The notes under the pieces are model-generated. The model saw only the letters and a list, made by a program, of their open reading frames with translations. It did no database searches and was not told where the DNA came from. A stretch of DNA of 64,000 nucleotides from Candidatus Nomurabacteria bacterium (GTDB taxonomy: Bacteria > Patescibacteriota > WWE3 > UBA101185 > UBA10185), in contig JACKGU010000002.1 in NCBI GenBank assembly GCA_020631855.1, forward strand, positions 234,615 to 298,614, written 5' to 3'. Each line of letters starts with the position of its first letter. The first letter of the stretch is position 1. Made by a program: the position numbers and the translations under genes. Shown one piece after another: positions 55,166 through 64,000 of the stretch.

Positions 55166-56438
55166 TTATGACTCTTTCTTCGCTTCCGTAGAGCAACAGG
55201 CAAATCCGTTTCTAAGAAATAAAGTTGTTGGAGTAACAAGTGCAAATTCGAACAAGGGCATAATTGTTGCCCCCTCAATACAAGCTAAAAGAGTTGGCAT
55301 CAAAACAGGCATGCCTGTTTTTAAAGCACGTGCTTTATATAAAAACATAATCTTGGTTAAAAGTGATTTTGTAAAATATACGCATGTTCAAAAAGAAAGC
55401 TTAAAAATTTTTGCTAAATATACCGATAAGATAGAGCCATTTAGTATAGATGAGGCATTTCTTGATATAACGCAAACCTGCAAATTTTTCGGCACGCCCG
55501 AAAACGTAGCACTAGAGATTAAGTCAGAACTTAGAAAAACTATAGGGACGCTTATTACATGCTCCATAGGCATAGGGCCAAATAAAAGCATGGCAAAAAT
55601 AGCCTCAGAAATAAATAAACCTAATGGGATTTTTAAACTAACTAGAAATAACATGGAAGAAGTTTATAAAGAAATTGAACTTACAGATGTTTGTGGGATA
55701 GGTAAGGCAACAGCCAAAAAACTAAGGGATTTAGATATAAATAATCTTGAAGATCTAGCTAAAACAAACTACGCGATTCTTAAATTAAATTTTGGAAACT
55801 CCTTAGCAAATTTTTTAACGGACATTGTTAAGGGCACAGAGAGCTCGGGGGTCAGTTCAATTGATTTTAAACGAGTACCTAAATCGATGGGCCACCAACA
55901 TACGCTATCTTCCAGCACAAAAGATAAACTGATTATTAGGGCAACAATAAAAGGCCTAACCGAGCTTTTGGCACGACGTTTAAGAAAATACAAAATGAGA
56001 TGCACAGGTTTAAGCCTCTATATCAAAGATGAAAGGGGGTTAGGGCGCGAAGCGAAACAAAGCTTTACAAAAGGAGTGGATTCCGGACAAATTTTATTTG
56101 AAATTCTGCACCAGCTGTACTTGGGCCTCAACGTTGAACAAAGAGTGAGGTTTATAGGCATTCGAGCCTACAAACTGGAGTCTGCAAGGTATTCCGTGCT
56201 GGGCCTGTTCGAAGAAGAAACAAGGAATGAGTTGCCAAAGCCAAACTCCAACAGAAACACTAGCGCAAGGAGTCAGGAAAATACTTTACAGCAAATTAAA
56301 TACGATAGAAAGGAGGCTCTAAGTAAATTGCTGGACAGCCTGAACAATGTCTGGGGTACTAAAACTATTTTTTTTGGCACTGAAATTCATGCTGGCGAAG
56401 TACAAGGCAAAACAAGTAGTTTTATCAGCTACGATTAA
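55137..56438 (+). CDS. dinB: Y-family translesion DNA polymerase (DinB / Pol IV-like)
   Basis: The N-terminus ILHVDYDSFFASVEQQ (catalytic D-x-D), the SIDEAFLD motif, and the little-finger region identify a Y-family polymerase. 433 aa. Confidence 0.8.
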   Translation: MRDRIILHVDYDSFFASVEQQANPFLRNKVVGVTSANSNKGIIVAPSIQAKRVGIKTGMPVFKARALYKNIILVKSDFVKYTHVQKESLKIFAKYTDKIEPFSIDEAFLDITQTCKFFGTPENVALEIKSELRKTIGTLITCSIGIGPNKSMAKIASEINKPNGIFKLTRNNMEEVYKEIELTDVCGIGKATAKKLRDLDINNLEDLAKTNYAILKLNFGNSLANFLTDIVKGTESSGVSSIDFKRVPKSMGHQHTLSSSTKDKLIIRATIKGLTELLARRLRKYKMRCTGLSLYIKDERGLGREAKQSFTKGVDSGQILFEILHQLYLGLNVEQRVRFIGIRAYKLESARYSVLGLFEEETRNELPKPNSNRNTSARSQENTLQQIKYDRKEALSKLLDSLNNVWGTKTIFFGTEIHAGEVQGKTSSFISYD

Positions 56439-57157
56439 ACATTACCAAATATCTGAAGGGTTTTTGGATTTTGATCAAGTACGGATCTTACATAAGTTTT
56501 TAGAAGATCGCCAACTGCCCTATAAGAAACATCAGATAAATACTTTCCCTTTGCAAGAGAGTGGAGTTGGCGAGCCTTAGTGAGATCTATATGTAAGCCG
56601 GAAACACTACAGCTACCGCAAATTAAACCTCCGGACGAGGTGTTTAATTTATATACGTCCCAATCATCCGAGTAGGGCTTCATGCAAACGACGCATTTGT
56701 CCAAAGAAATACCATAGCCTAAATATTCCATAATCCGGAGTTCAAAGTAACATACACTAAAATCTGACGTTGAGGGATTTTTATCTAAAAGAGACAGGGA
56801 TCTCAGCAAAGCCAAAAAGAGATTTCGATGTTCTTGCTGATCAAATAAAAATTTATCTACAATCTCAATAAGGTAGTAGGCCTTATTAGATAGATCGTAT
56901 GCATTTTTAATATTCTTAAACGGATCAATAACCTCAAGCTCACTAAGGTACAGCTGTCCGCTTTTAGCTTCCGATATAGATGCGTGAATTAAATTTAAAG
57001 TGTCTAAACTTCCTGCTCTTTTGGATGTTATTTTTCGAACCCCCTTTGCAGTAACAGAGATTTTCCCCCGCTCCTCTGAAAAGAGGGTATATATTTTATC
57101 GGTGTCTTTATAGTTAAATGATTTTAGAACAATACAAGTTAGGTTATGTTTTTTCAT
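56435..57157 (-). CDS. recO: DNA repair protein RecO
   Basis: N-terminal OB fold (LTCIVLKSFNYKDTDKIYTLFSEERGKISVTAKGVRK) and the zinc motif CVVCM...CGSC. The start is chosen at MKKHNL (the ATG at 57155-57157). It is convergent with dinB, overlapping by 4 nt. Confidence 0.75.
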   Translation of the reverse strand: MKKHNLTCIVLKSFNYKDTDKIYTLFSEERGKISVTAKGVRKITSKRAGSLDTLNLIHASISEAKSGQLYLSELEVIDPFKNIKNAYDLSNKAYYLIEIVDKFLFDQQEHRNLFLALLRSLSLLDKNPSTSDFSVCYFELRIMEYLGYGISLDKCVVCMKPYSDDWDVYKLNTSSGGLICGSCSVSGLHIDLTKARQLHSLAKGKYLSDVSYRAVGDLLKTYVRSVLDQNPKTLQIFGNV

Positions 57158-57237
57158 TGGAATGGATTGGGTTTGGGGGGCTTTTTGTTTTACAAAAAGC
57201 CCCCACAACTTTCAAATCATAATCGATTAAACCCAAG

Positions 57238-59208
57238 CTATAACTTTGTTGAATATAGTTGGTCTTTCTCAAGCTCTACTGTTTCTGACTTATTTCCAAT
57301 AGTTATAGTGTGAGGTTCTGAATTTATACCTGACTGCTTCTGTAGATATAAATTATACGTGTCCCCTTTTACAACATCCTCGGGAAGATAGTATTTAAAT
57401 GTAACGGTCTTAGTTTCTCCCGGAGACAGTGTCACGTAACCATGGAAATATGTTTTATTCCTCTCTTCTCCTGTACCAGCGGGATCATCCGAATTTTCAA
57501 TACTAATTAGTTCTGAACCTAATGGAACATACAATCTAAGCCAATCTTGATACCTTGTTTTAAACACATCGTATTCAGGACCCTTATCGCCATAGGTGAA
57601 TGTTGCGGCCACAGTTCTAACATACCTATCACCTTCTCTGGTTAAAGAATGCTCAACGGATTTATTTACAAACCAAGTGTTTGTTTTCCCCCCGCCAAGA
57701 TTCGTGGAAACAAGATGGGCATAATCTCCAGATCCAGGAATAGGATCAGCTATTCTGCCTGCATAGTTGTACTTTTCCAACAATGCCTGTGCCTGCGGGT
57801 CGAACATAAAAGCTTTTATGTGCTTTCTTGCTGCAAGATCAAGCCCCTTATCTACAAGCTGAGGCCACAAATTCTTATCTGATTCAAAAACGTTCTTTAA
57901 CATGGCTTCCATCAAATCTCCAAGAATTTTCTTTCGGTTTGCCTGCTCTCTCAAAGCAAGGCTTGCTATTTTCTCTAACTCTAACGTGACTGTTTCGGAG
58001 TCATAAGTAATACCATTTAGTGTTACCGGCCCTGTTACTTGAAGCAATTCTTCAAGAACTTGGGTATTAATTGTTATTACACCATCAACAGGTTTAACAT
58101 TTGGAGAATGCGGTCCGGCTAAATCCCAAAACAACATAAACTGATCAACCGATGTGGGAAAATCAGGAGAAATATTTGCGTCGCGAGAAAACATTCTTTC
58201 AACCTTCAAATGATTTCTGTAAGCATCGGGAACCGTGGGGAAAGTGTAATACGGATCTATAACCTCAAGAGCAAAGTCTATATTGTATGTACCTTGTGAC
58301 GTAAAATCTGAAGAAAGTTGCGCGTTTGCTATCTTGAATGTCGAGATGTATGTCCAAAAACCTCCCGTTGCTCGTAACTCTTTATCATTCTCCATTAGTA
58401 TCATGTATCTCTTTTCGGTCGTACCTACGCCAAGAAGGGGAGGGATAATGTTCAACGCTTCTTTAATATCTGGAGCGGAATCATTTAAAAGAGTTAAGGT
58501 GTTTTGAGCTTTAATTATTGACTGCCTTAAATCTGTACCTCTAAAACTTTCAGGATATTTTGACGCATCAACCTTATTTAACTCTTCTCCTGCTAGAGTG
58601 AGCCTGTTTAGGACAACATCTATGTCACCAGCTATTTCGGGCATTATCGCTATCCAATTTGAAAAAGCTTCCGCCAAACCTGATCCTTGGGCAGGGTCAA
58701 CTATTTCAATCTCTTGCTCTGCAGAGATTCTAAAACCACCTGCATCCGCAAAAGGCTCAATTAGCTTTATAGCCTCACGACCGGCTTCAATCATTTGCAA
58801 GCCTGCGTCCATGAAATGATTCGAGTCCGCGTAGTACTCTTTTGTGAGGCCAAAATTCTCCATCCAACCAATATTCTCATCTCTTGCAGCCCTTAGTTCA
58901 GCAATATCCATCTCTAGCTTATCTAAGTTTGCAGAAAGCTCAACAAGGTCTCTGTTAGTAGCGGACTTTGATATCTCAGAAATATCGGCCTTAACCTCGT
59001 TTACTTTTGACATTAGTGCAAGTGTTGGCCTTAGTGCAACAAAGTACGTTACAGCAAAAAGTATCAGAAAAACCACTGCTGCTATTCCTGCGGCCAACCC
59101 AGCGCCCTTTAGTATTTTCTTATTGTTTTTATTACCATAAAGCTGGGTGCCTTTTGCAGAGGCCGGCTTAAGGCCTGTTTTACTCGAAGCAAAAAATTTT
59201 GAATCCAT
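57238..59208 (-). CDS. Large membrane-anchored extracytoplasmic protein of unknown function, associated with the exopolysaccharide cluster (possibly a DUF4012-like family)
   Basis: 656 aa with one N-terminal TM segment (LAAGIAAVVFLILFAVTYFVAL) and a large extracellular domain. It sits directly upstream of a sugar transferase and GT4 genes. The family assignment is from memory of similar Actinobacteria/CPR EPS loci and is unverified. Confidence 0.35.
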   Translation of the reverse strand: MDSKFFASSKTGLKPASAKGTQLYGNKNNKKILKGAGLAAGIAAVVFLILFAVTYFVALRPTLALMSKVNEVKADISEISKSATNRDLVELSANLDKLEMDIAELRAARDENIGWMENFGLTKEYYADSNHFMDAGLQMIEAGREAIKLIEPFADAGGFRISAEQEIEIVDPAQGSGLAEAFSNWIAIMPEIAGDIDVVLNRLTLAGEELNKVDASKYPESFRGTDLRQSIIKAQNTLTLLNDSAPDIKEALNIIPPLLGVGTTEKRYMILMENDKELRATGGFWTYISTFKIANAQLSSDFTSQGTYNIDFALEVIDPYYTFPTVPDAYRNHLKVERMFSRDANISPDFPTSVDQFMLFWDLAGPHSPNVKPVDGVITINTQVLEELLQVTGPVTLNGITYDSETVTLELEKIASLALREQANRKKILGDLMEAMLKNVFESDKNLWPQLVDKGLDLAARKHIKAFMFDPQAQALLEKYNYAGRIADPIPGSGDYAHLVSTNLGGGKTNTWFVNKSVEHSLTREGDRYVRTVAATFTYGDKGPEYDVFKTRYQDWLRLYVPLGSELISIENSDDPAGTGEERNKTYFHGYVTLSPGETKTVTFKYYLPEDVVKGDTYNLYLQKQSGINSEPHTITIGNKSETVELEKDQLYSTKL

Positions 59209-59223
59209 ATTAATCTCCTAAAA

Positions 59224-59871
59224 TTAAACCGCCCCACTTCCGGTTATTACAACGTATGGGGTTTTTAATAATATTATTAAATCATACAACACAGAGTGCC
59301 TACTTGCATACTCTGAATCCATTTTTATTCTTTCTTCAAAGTTGACGTTAGATCTTCCGCCTATTTGCCAAGGACCTGTTAATCCGGGCTTTGTTGTTAG
59401 GGCTTGTTTTATGTAGTCTTTAGTGTGGGGATATCTGCCCTCCTGCTCCTCAAGCTCATATTTAAAATACGCCCTAGGACCAACAACACTCATCTCGCCT
59501 TTGAGAACGTTAAAGAATTGGGGCATTTCGTCTATGCTGTATTTTCTAATAAATTTACCGCCTTTCAATAAACGAGGGTCGGGATCTAGTTTGTAACCGT
59601 TTTCCTGATATCTTTTGTAGAGTTCGGGCTGTGTTTCCAGCCATTTCTGTGCGTTCGGGCGCATAGTTCTAAGCTTATACATCTTAAACTCTTTTCCGTC
59701 TTTTCCGACTCTTGGCTTACTATCAACGAATATTGAGCCTTCAGGAGAAACGCTTTTAATAAAAAGGCTAGCTATTAATATTACCGGGGAAAAAACAACG
59801 ATCCCTATAATTGCACAAACAATATCTGTAAGCCGTTTAATTCGAAAATACATGGCCATCTGAGTATACAC
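59224..59871 (-). CDS. Undecaprenyl-phosphate sugar phosphotransferase (bacterial sugar transferase, WbaP C-domain-like)
   Basis: KRLTDIVCAIIGIVVFSPVILIASLFIK...KMYKLRTM...DEMPQFFNVLKGEMSVVGPRAY is the canonical PF02397 pattern. Confidence 0.75.
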   Translation of the reverse strand: MYTQMAMYFRIKRLTDIVCAIIGIVVFSPVILIASLFIKSVSPEGSIFVDSKPRVGKDGKEFKMYKLRTMRPNAQKWLETQPELYKRYQENGYKLDPDPRLLKGGKFIRKYSIDEMPQFFNVLKGEMSVVGPRAYFKYELEEQEGRYPHTKDYIKQALTTKPGLTGPWQIGGRSNVNFEERIKMDSEYASRHSVLYDLIILLKTPYVVITGSGAV

Positions 59872-60991
59872 TATCTACATAGTCTTTTACTATCCTCGAA
59901 AAAATTTCTTTACTGAAATTCTCCGCTCTAACAATACAGAGATCTGGATTAAACTTATTCTTTGAATATCTATTTATCACCTCTTTTATGGCATCAGCGG
60001 ATTGTTCTTTGTAAAGAATCCCCGAAATGCCGGGTACAACTGTTTCGGTAGAACCTCCCGAATTATATGCTATTACAGGCGTGCCGCAAGCCATGCTCTC
60101 AAGAGGGACGATTCCAAAATCTTCAATCTGAGGAATTATTACGGCTTCGGCGTTTTTCATAAGAATAATTTTTCGATCTTCAGGAACATAGCCTAAAAAA
60201 GTTACGTTTTGACAGGCGAGAGATTTAAGTCGAGAAAAATCAGGGCCCTCACCAACTACTACAAGATTAATCCCAAGAGAATTAAAAGCTTCGACAACAG
60301 TATCTACCCTTTTCCATGAAACCAGCCTTGAAACGACCAAAAAATACGGCTTTCCGGCAACCACACTTTCCTCATTTTTAGATATAATTCTTCTAATCTC
60401 TGTGAAATCTACAAATGGGTAAATTACTTTATCCGCATATATTCCATTATATTTTTGTAACCTGTCTCGCACGGTTCGGGAGTTAGCAATGACTACATCG
60501 GCTCTCGCTGAAACACTACGGTCCCACAAACGCAAATAGCTTAAACTCAAACCAAGAATTTTTCTCAGCCAAGATTTATTTTTAAAATAATACTCGGGCT
60601 CCCAGAACATTCTTCCGGGGCTATTACAATAGGATATATGCAAAGTTTGCGGTTTAGTAATAACTCCATGCGCATAACGAGCAGAAATTGAAATTACCAG
60701 ATCGAAATCATTTAAATGAAAGTTTTCAAATGCAATACAGTGGAGGCCCAATATTGAATAAAATTTATTAAGCCTGCAACAAAAAGGCAGACTTTGCATA
60801 AAGGACAAATGATACTTAATGCCTAGGCCCTTAAGACGTTTTCTCCACCTGTGCGATATAACACTTGTAAAAAGTTCCGCATCGGGCCAGATCTCAAAGA
60901 ACGCGAGAAGTAATCTTTCAGCCCCGCCAAACTGAACAAGGTCATCAAATACTAGTGCTATCTTTGGTGTAGGAGAATTATGCGACTTCAT
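59837..60991 (-). CDS. Glycosyltransferase family 4 (GT-B)
   Basis: The C-terminal donor-binding motif is VVGEGPDFSRL...AEAVIIPQIEDFGIVPLESMACGTPVIA (E-x7-E). Confidence 0.75.
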   Translation of the reverse strand: MKSHNSPTPKIALVFDDLVQFGGAERLLLAFFEIWPDAELFTSVISHRWRKRLKGLGIKYHLSFMQSLPFCCRLNKFYSILGLHCIAFENFHLNDFDLVISISARYAHGVITKPQTLHISYCNSPGRMFWEPEYYFKNKSWLRKILGLSLSYLRLWDRSVSARADVVIANSRTVRDRLQKYNGIYADKVIYPFVDFTEIRRIISKNEESVVAGKPYFLVVSRLVSWKRVDTVVEAFNSLGINLVVVGEGPDFSRLKSLACQNVTFLGYVPEDRKIILMKNAEAVIIPQIEDFGIVPLESMACGTPVIAYNSGGSTETVVPGISGILYKEQSADAIKEVINRYSKNKFNPDLCIVRAENFSKEIFSRIVKDYVDSVYSDGHVFSN

Positions 60992-62078
60992 TCAATACTT
61001 TTAAAACTTTCTCAGCAGAAATTTTCCATGAAAAATTCTTGACTCGCTCGAAACCACGAAGCCGAAGATCACGTCCATTGGCAGAGAGAGCCCCCTCTAT
61101 ACCTCGCGCCACATCATTACTGTTATAAGGGTCTACATAAAATGGAATGTCCTGCCCAACCTCAGGCAGAGATGTAGTATTTGAACAAATTACCTTAGTT
61201 CCACAGGCAAAAGCCTCAAGAAGCTGTAATCCAAAACCTTCGTGCGTTGAAGCTGTTATAAAAGCCTCACTGCCTGAATACAAAGAAGGTAAATCCGTAT
61301 CCTCCACAAACCCGGTGTATTTTATACCTTCTTCCGAATAATTACTCTCCAGACGTTCATAAAAAAAGTCTTTTTTCCCTGCAAGCACAAGACTAAGGTC
61401 GGGATAGTTTTTCTTCGCAATTAAATAGCCTTCAATGAGAGCACAGATATTCTTATGAGGGTGTGCGTTGCCGACATAAAATAAATACGGTTTTTTGATA
61501 TCATATTTTTCTAACACTTTGTCAATTTTACTTTCTTCCTGAGGGAAGAAACTTTCAGATACAGCATTATAGATTACTTCGATCTTATTTGAGTTAATTT
61601 TATAATCGCTAACTAATTCTTTCTTCACAAAATTAGAGACGGTCAAGATTCTCTTTGCAAAGAAAATTGAAAATAAAATTGCAATCCGAGCTCCAAGACG
61701 CTTTAACAAATAAAACAAATAAAAATGGGTAGAGGCTCTGCCTGTTTTTACCTTCAGTATTGTAAGGTCATGGAGTGTCACTACCGTAGGCTTAAAATAT
61801 AACACCGGAACATTTAAATTTGTACTTAAAAATACATCAAGACCTTCTCTATAAAGATACATTGGTAAAACAAGCTGCTCCTTGAAGGTGTACCACCTAA
61901 TATCCACTATGACTTTTTTTACGTTCGGGGCGGCCAAGACTTGATCGTAATCTCTTTTCAATACAAATAATACAAACTCACTCTCTGGGGAACTTTCAAC
62001 AAGCCCTTCAACTATGTTTCGAGTAAATCTTCCTATGCCGGTTTCATTCCACATTCTACAATCAATACCTATTTTCAT
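60978..62078 (-). CDS. Glycosyltransferase family 4 (GT-B)
   Basis: LVLAGKKDFF...EAFITASTHEGFGLQLLEAFACGTKVI carries the E-x7-E motif. The start is chosen at MKIGIDCRMW (the ATG at 62076-62078); the tracked ORF adds 21 codons. Confidence 0.75.
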   Translation of the reverse strand: MKIGIDCRMWNETGIGRFTRNIVEGLVESSPESEFVLFVLKRDYDQVLAAPNVKKVIVDIRWYTFKEQLVLPMYLYREGLDVFLSTNLNVPVLYFKPTVVTLHDLTILKVKTGRASTHFYLFYLLKRLGARIAILFSIFFAKRILTVSNFVKKELVSDYKINSNKIEVIYNAVSESFFPQEESKIDKVLEKYDIKKPYLFYVGNAHPHKNICALIEGYLIAKKNYPDLSLVLAGKKDFFYERLESNYSEEGIKYTGFVEDTDLPSLYSGSEAFITASTHEGFGLQLLEAFACGTKVICSNTTSLPEVGQDIPFYVDPYNSNDVARGIEGALSANGRDLRLRGFERVKNFSWKISAEKVLKVLNEVA

Positions 62079-62112
62079 ATGTAAATTAATTATACAATGA
62101 TAACATTCAAAT

Positions 62113-63303
62113 ATGAGAAAGTTTTTGTATAACATATCCACAGTAGCATTTGGAAATTTTTTTAATGCTGCGCTGGGATTCTTTTATATTGCTGCAGTGG
62201 CAAAGGCACTAACCCTCGAGGACTTCGGAAAATACAGCATACTATCTGCTACGCTTGTGGGAATAGCAAAATTAACGGATTTTGGTGTTAATAATGTTTT
62301 TGTTGCAAAAAGTATTACACAAACCGATGCTATAGAAAAACTCCGACATCAATTCGGCGGTGCGAAAATCACACTACTTGTCCTAGCAATATTTATTGGC
62401 TGCCTATTTATCTTTTCTGCAGGGTACAGGGAATACTCTCTGCTGATTTTATTTATCATAGGAGTAGTTGGCTATAGCGTAAATTTTTCTCTTTTTGCTT
62501 TGTTTCAAAAAGAAAAACTCTATATTTACGCGGTCGCGTTAAATACACTGCCTGCACTAATTAAGGGGCTGATTGCGATCATGCTTTTTTTCGGATTCTT
62601 CAACCTAAGCCTTTTCTCCGCTTTTGCAGTATTTAGCTTATCTATTTGTACCAGTTTAATCCTATACACCAAATTGCCTGAGAAACACACACTTTACAGC
62701 TTTCCTTCCAAAAAAACTTTTGAGCTACTTCGCACAGCAGCTCCGGCGGGTGTTTCAGGTCTAATCGGATCTTCGTGGTCGGCAATTGCGGCTTTTATAG
62801 CAAAGGTTTTTGGCACTTTCTCAAGTGCCGGCATATACTCTATAGCAGATAAGATTGCGAACGTTTTCACACTGGTTTCCGTCTCCATCTCTACGGTTCT
62901 GCTACCAAACCTGGCTCAATCTAAGCTCGATAATAAACGTATAAACAAAAAAAAGTTAGGCGTCTTATGTATATTAACAGCTACCATGGGCCTGCTAACT
63001 GTAGGGGCTACAAGAGTTCTATTCCCAATAGTTTTTGGCGATAAATTTGCAGACTCAATAAACCTTCTGGACATTCTGATAATTGCTGCGTCTTTTACTG
63101 CTATACATAATTTTCTTGAAAATTATTTTTTTGTGGAACAAGCCACGCACAAACTTGCTGCCATATCGCTGTTAAAACTTACTGTCTTTGTAGCGGTGGC
63201 TTTTTCTCTAATGGGTACTTACGGACTCACAGGCTTAGCTATTGCGCAAATATCAGCATCTACCGTAGCTTTAATTACTATCTCCGTTTTTATCTATCGT
63301 TAA
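62113..63303 (+). CDS. Oligosaccharide/polysaccharide flippase (Wzx-like, MOP superfamily)
   Basis: 396 aa with about 12 TM helices and a Wzx-like N-terminus (NISTVAFGNFFNAALGFFYIAAVAKALTLEDFGKYSIL). Confidence 0.6.
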   Translation: MRKFLYNISTVAFGNFFNAALGFFYIAAVAKALTLEDFGKYSILSATLVGIAKLTDFGVNNVFVAKSITQTDAIEKLRHQFGGAKITLLVLAIFIGCLFIFSAGYREYSLLILFIIGVVGYSVNFSLFALFQKEKLYIYAVALNTLPALIKGLIAIMLFFGFFNLSLFSAFAVFSLSICTSLILYTKLPEKHTLYSFPSKKTFELLRTAAPAGVSGLIGSSWSAIAAFIAKVFGTFSSAGIYSIADKIANVFTLVSVSISTVLLPNLAQSKLDNKRINKKKLGVLCILTATMGLLTVGATRVLFPIVFGDKFADSINLLDILIIAASFTAIHNFLENYFFVEQATHKLAAISLLKLTVFVAVAFSLMGTYGLTGLAIAQISASTVALITISVFIYR

Positions 63304-64000
63304 AGTCAAATTGTTTACCAGGTCAGTAAGCTCCTGGCGTCTCGAGCTTTGCTCAAGGCTTATCTTTTCTCCGGCAGCGGTACGTCTGCCCATGTCTTCA
63401 TTTAACTCAGTAAGTTCCCTTTGAGCATCCTTTAACGCTTTTCTGTCCAAGCTACGTTGCGAAGGTTTATACCCTAAAACCCACTCATCAATCCTTTCAA
63501 CAATTGTGAGGGTTGGATTCTCGTTGTTGAAATTTCTATATCTGCTCTCTTTAGTTAAAAATATAACGTCTTCATCATACTTAGTATCTGCAACTTTTTG
63601 CCGCAATGGTTTGTATTCCAAAATTTCAAAAGGGCCGTCTACATAGTACAAAGCCAAAGGTAATTCCACCGATGCGTCAATATATAGCTTTTCTTTTTCG
63701 CCATAGCTTATATTCTTTAACTCCATCAACGAAGCCTGTTTTCCGGTGAAATCATACGTATAGACTAAATCTCTTTGAGTATAAAAATAAAATAAACTTA
63801 GTGTCAGAATTGAATATACTATTACAGCCCGTGCCACTACACCGATTCGGAATGAGTGGATTACTTGTGCTATAAAGCTCCCGACTATAATGGATAAAAA
63901 GGGATAGATGGGAATAATATACCAAACAAGCTTCGAACGAGAAGCTGAAAAAAAGAAAAAGATGAAGCCTGAAATTAGAAACAATAGCTTATCTTTATTC
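63271..64000 (-). CDS. C-terminal fragment of a polytopic membrane glycosyltransferase-like protein (ArnT/PMT-like?); the N-terminus lies outside the window
   Basis: The ORF stays open to the window edge: there is no stop between the TTG at 63984 and 64000. The visible part has 2-3 TM helices, then a ~170-aa soluble domain ending in a coiled coil. The family call is weak. Confidence 0.3.
   Translation of the reverse strand, partial: NKDKLLFLISGFIFFFFSASRSKLVWYIIPIYPFLSIIVGSFIAQVIHSFRIGVVARAVIVYSILTLSLFYFYTQRDLVYTYDFTGKQASLMELKNISYGEKEKLYIDASVELPLALYYVDGPFEILEYKPLRQKVADTKYDEDVIFLTKESRYRNFNNENPTLTIVERIDEWVLGYKPSQRSLDRKALKDAQRELTELNEDMGRRTAAGEKISLEQSSRRQELTDLVNNLTLTIDKNGDSN

Overview
This 64 kb window is AT-rich (about 38-40% GC by eye) and densely packed with housekeeping genes, mostly on the minus strand. 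Gene content looks like a small-genome, probably uncultivated bacterium. A CPR/Patescibacteria-like affiliation is my inference from a 953-aa archaeal-type IleRS, a dimeric GlyRS, a B12-dependent class II RNR with a PduO adenosyltransferase next to it, a reduced UvrC and many leaderless promoters; no phylogenetic analysis was possible.

Genes called, in order: a LysM protein fragment, tRNA-Thr(CGT), an Ig-like surface protein, an O-antigen-ligase-like protein, a Wzx flippase, a GH5-like hydrolase, a GH18 hydrolase, tRNA-Val(CAC), lepB, rpmA, rplU (with a long Lys/Ala-rich tail), an RNHCP protein, a LytR_C membrane protein, ileS, pduO, nrdJ, ftsZ-ftsA-ftsQ-murG-ftsW-mraY-murA, secG, uvrC, a transglutaminase-like protein, uvrA, a LysM protein, PBP1A, uvrB, lexA, dedA, a histidine phosphatase, eno, ppsA, pgm/pmm, a sensor kinase with a stand-alone receiver, an LCP protein, yraN, ftsI-ftsL-rsmH-mraZ, glyQS, a small protein plus a Y-family polymerase, recO, and an exopolysaccharide cluster (sugar transferase, two GT4 enzymes, a flippase, an ArnT-like fragment).

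The strongest observations are:
- A family of 8 copies of a bipartite, hairpin-rich intergenic element with a conserved 3' end (ATTATAAA) and a conserved 5' start (ATGAAG). Three of the 8 are in practice full-length (R4, R5, diverged R6); the rest are single-module fragments (R0 5' only; R1, R2, R3, R7 3' only). Paired positions in its 5' hairpin covary between copies, one locus shows a head-to-tail junction, and copies sit exactly at gene boundaries and next to both tRNAs. It could be a MITE-like mobile element, a structured RNA, or both.
- A roughly 1.1 kb GC-rich island (about 55-60% GC) between mraZ and glyQS. It holds a small membrane-protein gene with a strong SD and a roughly 450 nt structured leader, and is bounded by a C7 and a G10 homopolymer tract.
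- An Ile-codon leader peptide (MNTKVSKTIIII) followed by a terminator directly upstream of ileS.
- A Cheo-type LexA box overlapping a leaderless uvrB promoter, in a window that also carries uvrA, uvrB, uvrC, lexA, dinB and recO.
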